Below are positions 44,677 through 52,375 of a stretch of 64,000 bases of DNA, piece after piece. The translations under genes were made by a program, and so were the position numbers. Origin of the DNA: Acidimicrobiia bacterium UBA5794 (GTDB lineage: Bacteria; Actinomycetota; Acidimicrobiia; Spongiisociales; UBA5794); NCBI GenBank assembly GCA_002418265.1, contig DIDS01000014.1, positions 146,503 to 210,502 on the forward strand, given 5' to 3'. The notes under the pieces were generated by a model. The model made no database searches and was not told the DNA's origin. It was given only the letters and a program-made list of their open reading frames with translations. The stretch's first letter is position 1, and every line of letters begins with the position of its first letter.

Positions 44677-45390
44677 ATGACCACCACGGGATCCCCGAGC
44701 ACACCCATTGTCGACATCGCGGTGGATCGCGAGTTCATCTATGTCGGTGACCCGATGTGCTCGTGGTGTCACGGCTTCGCACCTGTCGTGAAGAGAGTTG
44801 GGACTGAATTCGGTCTCCCCGTACGGGTCAAGGTTGGAGGGCTTCGTGCCTTCGAGAACTCCGAGCCTCTTGGAGAGAGACTCAAGGGGTTCCTCTCCGC
44901 CGAGTGGGCCAGAATTGGGGAAGTCACCGGTCAACCGTTCTCGACAACTGCCCTTGAGCGCGAGGGATGGGTCTATGACACGGGGCCAGCAGACCAAGCG
45001 GTCGTAGCCGCTCGCAACCTCGAAGAAACCTCGGCACTCGATTATTTCACAGCGCTCCAGCATGCGTTCTACGCCGAAGGCCGCGACATCACCCAACGAG
45101 AGGTGCTCTTGGACGTTGCAGAGGAATCCGGGTTTGATCGTGCAGAGTTTGGGACCGCTTTCGACACCGCCCATGACGATACGCTGCGTGACTTTGCCGA
45201 AACACGGTCGTGGGGCGTAACCGGCTACCCGACTCTGCTGATACGAACCGGCGATGAACTGGTGCGAGCTGCAGCGGGATACGTGTCGTTCGACAACCTG
45301 AAGCCACAGCTCTCGGCCTGGTTCGACAAGCACGCTGTGGCGGATCAGGCACCCGCAATGATGTGCGATGTCGAGACAGGGCTGTGCTGA
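44677..45390 (+). CDS. DsbA-family thioredoxin-fold protein
   Basis: It has the CSWC active site in YVGDPMCSWCHGF. ATG 44677 follows an AGGAG RBS. Confidence 0.8.
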   Translation: MTTTGSPSTPIVDIAVDREFIYVGDPMCSWCHGFAPVVKRVGTEFGLPVRVKVGGLRAFENSEPLGERLKGFLSAEWARIGEVTGQPFSTTALEREGWVYDTGPADQAVVAARNLEETSALDYFTALQHAFYAEGRDITQREVLLDVAEESGFDRAEFGTAFDTAHDDTLRDFAETRSWGVTGYPTLLIRTGDELVRAAAGYVSFDNLKPQLSAWFDKHAVADQAPAMMCDVETGLC

Positions 45391-45403
45391 TCGCTACGGA
45401 GAT

Positions 45404-45871
45404 CTAGCCGTTCGCGACCTCATAGACGTCCTCGGCGAGGGCTGTGATCGAATCGAGATCGTCACCCATTCCTGTCGTTGTCACCGAGTACCACGTTCCA
45501 CCGCTGACAAAATCAGCGCCCGATTGCGCTGGTGAGGTCCACGCGAAACCATCATCGGCAAACGTGAGATCCACACACTGATCACAGTCCTTGAAACGAT
45601 GCACGTCGGTGCCAGCTCTGATCTGGATCAGAAGGCTGTTGGCGTTGTCGTTCGTCCACCTGCAGGTGACCAACGGTCCGACCGAGCCGGGTTCGGGTTC
45701 GACTGGCTGGGCGAAGTACGAGTCCAGAACCACGTCGCTAACCAACCTGCACGGATCGGGGAGGTCCGAGCTGCTCCCACCATCAGATGATGGTCCACCA
45801 TTGGAATCCGCAGCGCCCCCACAGGCCGTTACCAATAGCGCTATAACGATCGCCAAAGAAGCCCTTCTCAT
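45404..45871 (-). CDS. secreted lipoprotein (DUF3558-like)
   Basis: It has an LVTAC lipobox, a Gly/Ser linker and conserved Cys residues. Its architecture resembles 38957..39520. Confidence 0.65.
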   Translation of the reverse strand: MRRASLAIVIALLVTACGGAADSNGGPSSDGGSSSDLPDPCRLVSDVVLDSYFAQPVEPEPGSVGPLVTCRWTNDNANSLLIQIRAGTDVHRFKDCDQCVDLTFADDGFAWTSPAQSGADFVSGGTWYSVTTTGMGDDLDSITALAEDVYEVANG

Positions 45872-46089
45872 GGTTCCACCTTTCTGGATGGACCAAACTT
45901 ACACGGTGAGACAACGCGATTCGTAGGGGTTCCAGGCACGCTGCTGACAGAGTATCCGTGGGACAACATGGGACAGGGCACTCCTACTCGACTGACTACT
46001 CGTGCCGAGTGGCCCTGTACATTCATATTGCCCTCGCGTGTAAGCTCATGGATAGTCCGAGAATCTTGGAGCTTCTGTAGTGAGATTCC

Positions 46090-46311
46090 ATGCCGAGACC
46101 AAAGCACTCGCGTCCAGAGCTAGAGGCGGTGTTGAAAGATGCTGAGCGTCAAGGATGGCGGGTTGATGGCGGTGGAAACTCGTACTTCAAGATGACGTGT
46201 CCCTGTTCCGAAAAGCACATAAAGATGGTCCATTTAACGCCAAACAAGAACTACACCAAGAGACTCCTGCGTTGGTTAGAACGTAGGACATGCTGGGAGA
46301 ACGAATCGTGA
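46090..46311 (+). CDS. hypothetical 73-aa basic protein in a low-GC island (weak HicA-like pattern)
   Basis: The ORF sits in a segment of about 50% GC. The LKDAERQGWRVDGGGNSYFKM pattern resembles the HicA GW...GSH region but lacks the His. Confidence 0.5.
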   Translation: MPRPKHSRPELEAVLKDAERQGWRVDGGGNSYFKMTCPCSEKHIKMVHLTPNKNYTKRLLRWLERRTCWENES

Positions 46312-46667
46312 CATACTCATTCAGCTTCACATTCTTCGTAACCAGCGGCACTGGTCGCCGTGTTGGGGTCGCGAATCTAGAGAATCTCGCCGACGAACTC
46401 ATGCACGCCATGACCGAACGAGAGACAGATATGGTATTCGATTCGTCGGTTGGCGGTGTTCTTACGGCGGGTGAGATCGATGTTGAAGTAACCGTGGAGG
46501 CTGCGAGCGAAGGACCTGCTGCCGCTATTGCACGAGACTTCATTATCGAATCCATTAAGGCGACAGGTGGCACTCCAATGGGCATCTTTGTTTTTCCACC
46601 AAAGCGACCGCGAAAGATGCCTCGTCAAGAATGGCACGAACGACGGGCAGAACTCACCAACGCCTAA
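46308..46667 (+). CDS. hypothetical 119-aa protein, GTGA-coupled to the preceding small gene
   Basis: GTG 46308 overlaps TGA 46309-46311. No family recognised. The C-terminal tail is basic. Confidence 0.5.
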   Translation: MTYSFSFTFFVTSGTGRRVGVANLENLADELMHAMTERETDMVFDSSVGGVLTAGEIDVEVTVEAASEGPAAAIARDFIIESIKATGGTPMGIFVFPPKRPRKMPRQEWHERRAELTNA

Positions 46668-46762
46668 GACTTCAGGTAGCCGGCGACGCTCGTTCACGTC
46701 ACGGTTGAGACTGGCCCACTACCCACGGATGCTGCGCCGATGATGTCCTCTAACCTTGCGGG

Positions 46763-48682
46763 ATGCAACGATTACGCCTGTTCTTTGAGACACGCGAGGG
46801 AAAAGTCGCGGTCGGTTCGATCGTCGCCATCGCCGCCTCGCTGATTCTCGGAGCATTCGGCACATCCCACCTGGTCTCAATCCTTCCCCTTGTCGTGATC
46901 GTCATCATCGGAGGGGTTCCTCTGGTATGGTCGATCGTCAAGGACTTGATCGCCTGGACACCCGGCGCCGACCTGCTGGCTGCCATTGCCATCGTCACCG
47001 CGGTCCTCCTCGGCGAGTGGCTTGTCGCTGGGATCATCGTGCTGATGCTCTCTGGGGGCGAGGCTCTTGAAGAAGCGGCAACGTCCCTTGCTTCAAAGAC
47101 CCTTGACGCACTCGCCAAACGAGCACCAACAATTGCTCACCGTCTGGACCCGGGCTCGGAGCAAACGGTTGACGTGCCCGTTGATGAGATCGAAATCGGC
47201 GACCACTTGGTTGTGTTCCCTCACGAGCTATGCCCAGTCGACGGTGAGGTTGTCAGGGGTCACGGCACCATGGACGAGTCGTTCCTCACCGGCGAGCCGT
47301 ACTCCATCACCAAATCGGTTGGCTCTGCCGTCCTGTCGGGTGCCGTCAACGGTGACGACGCCCTCGTGGTGGAAGCGACAAAGATCGCTGCTGACTCCCG
47401 GTATGCCCAGATCGTGGGAATCCTTGCTGAGGCCGAGGCAAATCGGCCCCGAATGAGGCGGATGGCCGATCGTCTCGGCGCTTGGTACACGGTTCTTGCC
47501 CTTGCAATGGGCATCTTGGGATGGGTGATATCGGGCGACCCGGACCGATTCCTCGCCGTCATGGTCATCGCCACGCCTTGCCCGCTGCTCATAGCGGTTC
47601 CCGTCGCGATTGTCGGTGCCATCTCACTGTCGGCCCGTTCGGGAATCATCATCAGGGACCCAATGGTCCTTGAACGGATTTCGACCACCACAACCGTCAT
47701 GTTCGACAAAACGGGCACCCTCACCTACGGACGCCCGACCGTCACCGAGATACACAAGGCTCCCGGCGTCGACCGTGCAGAGGTACTGCGGCTCTCGGCG
47801 GCTCTTGAACACTATTCACGCCACCCGCTCGCCTCGGCGGTCGTTGCCGCCGCCGAAGAAGAACTCGGCACGGAGGCGACCGGTGATGTAACGGCGGTTT
47901 CGGAGCGACCAGGCCAGGGCCTGGTTGGCACGGTAGATGGACACCAAGTCATCATCACCAGCCGCTCCAAGGCGTTGGAGATACTTGGCCACGACGATCA
48001 ACACATTCCTGAGAAGTCAGCAGGGATGGAAGCAGTGGTGCTTATCGACGACCGCTATGCAGCCACCTTTCGATTCCATGATGAGCCGCGGCTTGGGTCG
48101 TGGGAGTTTGTCCAACATCTCAAACCGCGTCACGGCGTGACCCACACCATGCTCATTTCGGGGGATAGTTCCAACGAAGTCGAATACTTGGCGGCCAAGG
48201 TCGGGATCACCGACGTTCATGCCGGCATGTCGCCCGAGGACAAATTGGAGATTGTCCGCGAAGTCGGCAAGACGAGCTCAACTCTGTTCCTTGGCGACGG
48301 TATCAACGACGCCCCGGCAATGGCAGCAGCAGACGTCGGGATCGCGTTCGGGGAAGGCAGCGACATCACCTCCGAAGCTGCTGGGGCTGTCGTCCTCGAC
48401 TCGTCCCTTGAACGCCTCGACGAACTGTTCCACATCGGAGAGCGGATGCGTCGCATCGCTCTCCAGAGCGCCCTGGGTGGTATCGGGTTGTCGATGATTG
48501 GAATGGTGCTCGCAGTCATGGGTCTGCTCACCCCCATTGTTGGGGCAGTCGCTCAGGAGGTGATCGATCTATTGGCGATTCTCAATGCAGCCCGGGTTGC
48601 CATCCGACGCAAGCCGATGGCCGACTATCACGACTATGCACTCCCCGAACCCAAGGAATTGGTCACGACGCATTCCGGCTGA
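46763..48682 (+). CDS. P1B-type heavy-metal-translocating ATPase with a TPCP transmembrane motif (P1B-5-like), no N-terminal metal-binding domain
   Basis: It has DKTGTLT, GDGINDAP and TGE(P) motifs. The TM segment reads VIATPCPLLIAVP. Confidence 0.85.
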   Translation: MQRLRLFFETREGKVAVGSIVAIAASLILGAFGTSHLVSILPLVVIVIIGGVPLVWSIVKDLIAWTPGADLLAAIAIVTAVLLGEWLVAGIIVLMLSGGEALEEAATSLASKTLDALAKRAPTIAHRLDPGSEQTVDVPVDEIEIGDHLVVFPHELCPVDGEVVRGHGTMDESFLTGEPYSITKSVGSAVLSGAVNGDDALVVEATKIAADSRYAQIVGILAEAEANRPRMRRMADRLGAWYTVLALAMGILGWVISGDPDRFLAVMVIATPCPLLIAVPVAIVGAISLSARSGIIIRDPMVLERISTTTTVMFDKTGTLTYGRPTVTEIHKAPGVDRAEVLRLSAALEHYSRHPLASAVVAAAEEELGTEATGDVTAVSERPGQGLVGTVDGHQVIITSRSKALEILGHDDQHIPEKSAGMEAVVLIDDRYAATFRFHDEPRLGSWEFVQHLKPRHGVTHTMLISGDSSNEVEYLAAKVGITDVHAGMSPEDKLEIVREVGKTSSTLFLGDGINDAPAMAAADVGIAFGEGSDITSEAAGAVVLDSSLERLDELFHIGERMRRIALQSALGGIGLSMIGMVLAVMGLLTPIVGAVAQEVIDLLAILNAARVAIRRKPMADYHDYALPEPKELVTTHSG

Positions 48683-48697
48683 CCACGGTCGATCTGG

Positions 48698-49333
48698 TCA
48701 GCGTGCTGCCTGGTCAAGGAGGGCGATGACCTCGTCGTCCGTCGTCTGGGCGAAGTCCACATAGAACTGACCGATGGCGTAGAACGGATCGGGCTGATCA
48801 ACCACAATGACCTCGTCTGCATCGCCTGCGAGTCGATCGGCTGTAGCCGTGGGAGCGACAGGTGCGGCCACCACGACACGGTCAGCACCGAGACCGCGAG
48901 CAACCTGTATCGCTGCTTTGGTGGTCGAACCCGTGGCGATTCCGTCATCGACGATCACGGCTGTCTTGCCATCAAGCGAAACACGAGAGCGACCACTGCG
49001 GAACACTTCTGCTCTTCGTGCCAACTCGGCGCGTTCCCTTCGCTCCACCGCTTCAAGATCCTGCTGGGAGACGCCCATCGAAGCCACCGTTTTGGCATCG
49101 ACAAGGCGCACGCCGTCCTCGCCGATGGCCCCCATCGCAAACTCTGGATGGGAAGGAAGCCCAAGCTTGCGAACCACGATCACATCGAGGGGCACGTTGA
49201 GACGTGCAGCAACCTCCCAGGCGACGGGAACGCCGCCGCGGGGAAGCCCAAGCACGACCACATCGTCCCGATCCTCGAAATGAGCCAGATGCTCGGCCAA
49301 TCGGCGACCGGCCTCTCGTCGATCACTGAACAT
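48698..49333 (-). CDS. phosphoribosyltransferase-family protein
   Basis: It has DRREAGRRLA..VVLGLPRGGVPVA and the VIVDDGIATGST PRPP loop. Confidence 0.85.
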   Translation of the reverse strand: MFSDRREAGRRLAEHLAHFEDRDDVVVLGLPRGGVPVAWEVAARLNVPLDVIVVRKLGLPSHPEFAMGAIGEDGVRLVDAKTVASMGVSQQDLEAVERRERAELARRAEVFRSGRSRVSLDGKTAVIVDDGIATGSTTKAAIQVARGLGADRVVVAAPVAPTATADRLAGDADEVIVVDQPDPFYAIGQFYVDFAQTTDDEVIALLDQAAR

Positions 49334-49377
49334 GCCAATCCCTCCCGCATCCTCAGTCGGCGCCCAACCGCATCCGA

Positions 49378-49716
49378 TCAGGCTTTCTCGATCGTCGCGA
49401 GAAGTTCATGGTCGACAAGGCTGTCGTACTCGGGGTGTCGTTTGATCCATGCCCTGACAAAGGGACACAGCGGCACCACGGTGCCGCCGTCGGCGGCGAC
49501 CTCATCCAGGGCGGCCTTGATCAGCTTGGAGCCAAGACCTTGTTTCTCAAAGCTCGGGTCGATCTCGGTGTGGACGAACAGATGACGTCCCCCTCGGATG
49601 TGGTACACGGCAAACCCTGCCACCTTCCCCTCCACTTCGATCACGAAGCGATGGTGGTCGACATCGTTGAAGATCTTGATGTGGTCCGGCTCAACGGTTT
49701 CGGTCTCGTCGGTCAT
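49378..49716 (-). CDS. GNAT-like N-acetyltransferase (YjdJ type)
   Basis: It is 112 aa with a HTEIDPSFEKQGLGSKL...PLCPFV pattern. Confidence 0.75.
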   Translation of the reverse strand: MTDETETVEPDHIKIFNDVDHHRFVIEVEGKVAGFAVYHIRGGRHLFVHTEIDPSFEKQGLGSKLIKAALDEVAADGGTVVPLCPFVRAWIKRHPEYDSLVDHELLATIEKA

Positions 49717-50669
49717 AGCACGTCCGCTGGGATCGATCCGAGCTTGCCGCGTTGGTAATCATCGAAAGCCTGGGCAAGTTCGGCGTGTGTGTTCATGACG
49801 AACGGCCCCATCCAAGCAACGGTCTCACCGATGGGTAGACCCCCGAGGATCAACACGTCCATCGACGGGCTGCGGGATTCCTGCTTCGGGTCAGCGGTCA
49901 CGGTGAGGGTCTCCCCCGGCCCGAAGAGCGCGAGCTGGCCCGATGTGATGGGTCGCCGTTGCTGACCCACGGTTCCCTGTCCGTTCAGGACATAGGCCAG
50001 AGCGTTGAAGTCCTGGCGCCATGGCAGTTGCAACCTGGCGTCTGGTGCCAACGTGGCATGGATCATCGTGATCGGGGTATGGGTGCTGCCCGGTCCGGTA
50101 TGGTCGCCGAGGTCGCCAGCGATCAGTCGAATGAGGGTGCCTCCATCGGCGGAGCCGAGCAGAACGACGTCGTCCCCCCGAAGATCTTGGTAGGCCGGTG
50201 GTATGAACTTGTCGGATGCGGGAAGGTTGACCCACAGCTGGAATCCGTGAAACAGGCCACCGGACATCACCAGCTGCTCTGGAGGGGTCTCAATATGAAG
50301 AATCCCTGCTCCTGCGGTCATCCACTGGGTGTCCCCGTTGGTGATCAGCCCACCCCCGCCTTGGGAGTCGCGGTGGGCAAACTCACCGTCGATCATGTAG
50401 GTGACGGTCTCAAAGCCGCGATGAGGATGCCATGGGGTCCCCTTCGGTTCACCGGGCGCGTATTCGACTTCGCCCATCTGGTCGAGGTGAATGAACGGAT
50501 CGAGATCCGCAAGGTCGACGCCAGCGAAGGCACGACGCACGGGAAAACCTTCCCCCTCGAACCCTCGTGGTGCCGTCGTGATGGACCGCACCGGCCGGTC
50601 GATTGCCGTCGAGTGCGGGGCTTCGACCGCGGGGAGAGTGAGAATGTTGGACACGGTTACTGCGGGCAT
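49713..50669 (-). CDS. pirin-family protein
   Basis: It has the HPHRGFETVTYMIDGEFAHRDS cupin metal site. Confidence 0.9.
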   Translation of the reverse strand: MPAVTVSNILTLPAVEAPHSTAIDRPVRSITTAPRGFEGEGFPVRRAFAGVDLADLDPFIHLDQMGEVEYAPGEPKGTPWHPHRGFETVTYMIDGEFAHRDSQGGGGLITNGDTQWMTAGAGILHIETPPEQLVMSGGLFHGFQLWVNLPASDKFIPPAYQDLRGDDVVLLGSADGGTLIRLIAGDLGDHTGPGSTHTPITMIHATLAPDARLQLPWRQDFNALAYVLNGQGTVGQQRRPITSGQLALFGPGETLTVTADPKQESRSPSMDVLILGGLPIGETVAWMGPFVMNTHAELAQAFDDYQRGKLGSIPADVL

Positions 50670-50750
50670 TGGTTGCTCCAGACGAGACGCTGTCCCTTAG
50701 TCAACACCTTGGGCGAGCAAAGTCTTCCGTCATCGACCCCGGACGCTGCC

Positions 50751-51653
50751 TCAACCGTGAACGGACCGCTCACCATGGAGATGTCGGTCGAGGAAGTCGG
50801 TGATCTCATCGACGTGAGCTTCAAAGGGTGCCAAGTCGCTGTGGCCCGCGTCTGCAACCACCAGAGTCTCGGCCTTGGGATTGGCAGCCGCCAGCTCGTG
50901 GAGATTGCTCACGGGGACCACCTGATCGGCCGCGCCGTGAACGAGCATGATGGGCACCGTGACATCGGGAATGCGGTTGCGGGGTGCGAAATCGTCGAAT
51001 CGGTGACCGATTGTCCGTTGGATCGTCCAGAGAATGAAGTTTCGAAACGGTCCGGGGATACTCGCCATCTGCCCACGCATCATGTCTCCGGGGTGGGCCG
51101 GCGCAGACACGGCAACGACCGCATCAAGGAAATCGTTTCTCGACGCGCTGTAGATGGCGGCGCCTGCACCAACCGAGTGGCCGATGACACCCACCGCTGT
51201 CACCTCCGGACGATGACGAGCCCACTCAGCGGCGACTTCCAGGTCTTCGGCAAACCGTGGCATGGAGGTGAATCGATCGTGTTCTGAGAGTCCGTGGTTG
51301 CGGGCATCGAGAAAAAGGGCGTGATACCCAGCTTTGTGCAGGTGGGGACCCAGAGGGAGCATCAGCGCAGCATTGCCGCCCCAACCGTGGAGGACGATCA
51401 CCAAGGGGGCTCGGTGTTGTACCGGGATGAACCATGCGTGCAGCCTCTTTCCACTGGTGCTGTCGAGCCACACCGATTCCTCAGGTAATCCGAGGTCAGC
51501 GGGCGTCTGACTGGCATCTCGTTGTGGTGGTGCGAACCTGCGTGCCAGAATTCGAGGAGCAACGAAAAAGCCACTGGCCACAACCGCGATCGGAAGCCAG
51601 ATCCATCGAAACACCGTCCGGACGCGTCTGCAGAACGCGTTGGTGTTGCTCAT
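50751..51653 (-). CDS. alpha/beta hydrolase
   Basis: It has the GHSVGAG nucleophile elbow, an HGW oxyanion region and an N-terminal TM/signal segment. It overlaps the TetR gene by 4 nt. Confidence 0.85.
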   Translation of the reverse strand: MSNTNAFCRRVRTVFRWIWLPIAVVASGFFVAPRILARRFAPPQRDASQTPADLGLPEESVWLDSTSGKRLHAWFIPVQHRAPLVIVLHGWGGNAALMLPLGPHLHKAGYHALFLDARNHGLSEHDRFTSMPRFAEDLEVAAEWARHRPEVTAVGVIGHSVGAGAAIYSASRNDFLDAVVAVSAPAHPGDMMRGQMASIPGPFRNFILWTIQRTIGHRFDDFAPRNRIPDVTVPIMLVHGAADQVVPVSNLHELAAANPKAETLVVADAGHSDLAPFEAHVDEITDFLDRHLHGERSVHG

Positions 51654-52279
51654 GATTGACGAACGATCTGTCCGAGCCCGTCTTCGACCAGGTCGAAGCA
51701 GTACGTGATGTGGTCTGGGAGACGAGAGCGTCCATTGTCGGCAAGCCAGTAACCGAGAGAGGCGCGCATCGCCGACAGGGCGGCACCAGCAACGAGTCTG
51801 GGACGGATGTCAGTACTCGAGTCGACATTGAGCCATTCAGAGACGGCGTCCGTCACGGCATCTTCCCAGCTTGCCTGAAGCAAAAGATTTCGGGCAGCCA
51901 CGGACGGTGTCGACTGGATGATGCGGAAACGTCGCAACAGCTGTTCACGTTCGGATTCATAATCGGCCGCAACCGTGAGGAAAGCACCCCGAAGTGCGTG
52001 CCAGGGTGCCAGACCGCTCGGGCCGGTCTTGAGCGCAGCGACGATCTTGTGCAGCCGTGTCGCGTAGTCGGCGAGGAGCACATCTTCTTTGGACGGAAAG
52101 TAGTGAAAAAACGTTCTCGGAGAGATGTCGGCCGCCGCAGCGATCTCGTCGATCGTCGTCCCATCAAAGCCCTGCACTTCGAACAGGTCAAGGGCGGCGC
52201 GCTCAATTGCGAGTCTGGTGCGTCGTTTCTTGCTTTCTCGCAGCCCAGGTGATTTGCCAGCCATTGATGTATCAGCCAT
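51650..52279 (-). CDS. TetR-family transcriptional regulator
   Basis: It has the HTH segment LFEVQGFDGTTIDEIAAAADISPRTFFHYFPSK. The start is set at ATG 52279 because the longer ORF (to 52315) would run into the operator palindrome. Confidence 0.85.
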   Translation of the reverse strand: MADTSMAGKSPGLRESKKRRTRLAIERAALDLFEVQGFDGTTIDEIAAAADISPRTFFHYFPSKEDVLLADYATRLHKIVAALKTGPSGLAPWHALRGAFLTVAADYESEREQLLRRFRIIQSTPSVAARNLLLQASWEDAVTDAVSEWLNVDSSTDIRPRLVAGAALSAMRASLGYWLADNGRSRLPDHITYCFDLVEDGLGQIVRQS

Positions 52280-52299
52280 GCGCATGAGTATGACAGATG

Positions 52300-52333
52300 T
52301 TTGCGTATAGTGCAAACTTGCATTACACGCAAA
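52300..52333. promoter_or_regulatory. candidate TetR operator: 16-bp imperfect inverted repeat TTTGCGTATAGTGCAA-ac-TTGCATTACACGCAAA
   Basis: 14 of 16 positions are complementary. It sits centrally in the divergent TetR/MMPL intergenic region. Confidence 0.65.
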
Positions 52334-52375
52334 AATGCGTAGACTGCATCTGAATCACACTCCATCGGAGGACCC

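Noticed and set aside
45902-46730. Short repeats flanking the low-GC cassette, considered as a target-site duplication plus terminal inverted repeats. The direct repeat is CACGGT(T)GAGAC at 45902 and 46700. The 9-bp inverted repeat is ATCCGTGGG at 45954 and CCCACGGAT at 46722.
   Set aside because: The order is DR-IR ... DR-IR rather than DR-IR ... IR-DR. The matches are short enough to arise by chance in two 100-nt windows, and no transposase or integrase is present.
52280-52315. Longer start (52315) for the TetR gene, as given by the ORF track.
   Set aside because: It would place the start codon inside the 34-bp operator palindrome and add 12 residues (MHYTQTSVILMR) not typical of TetR N-termini.
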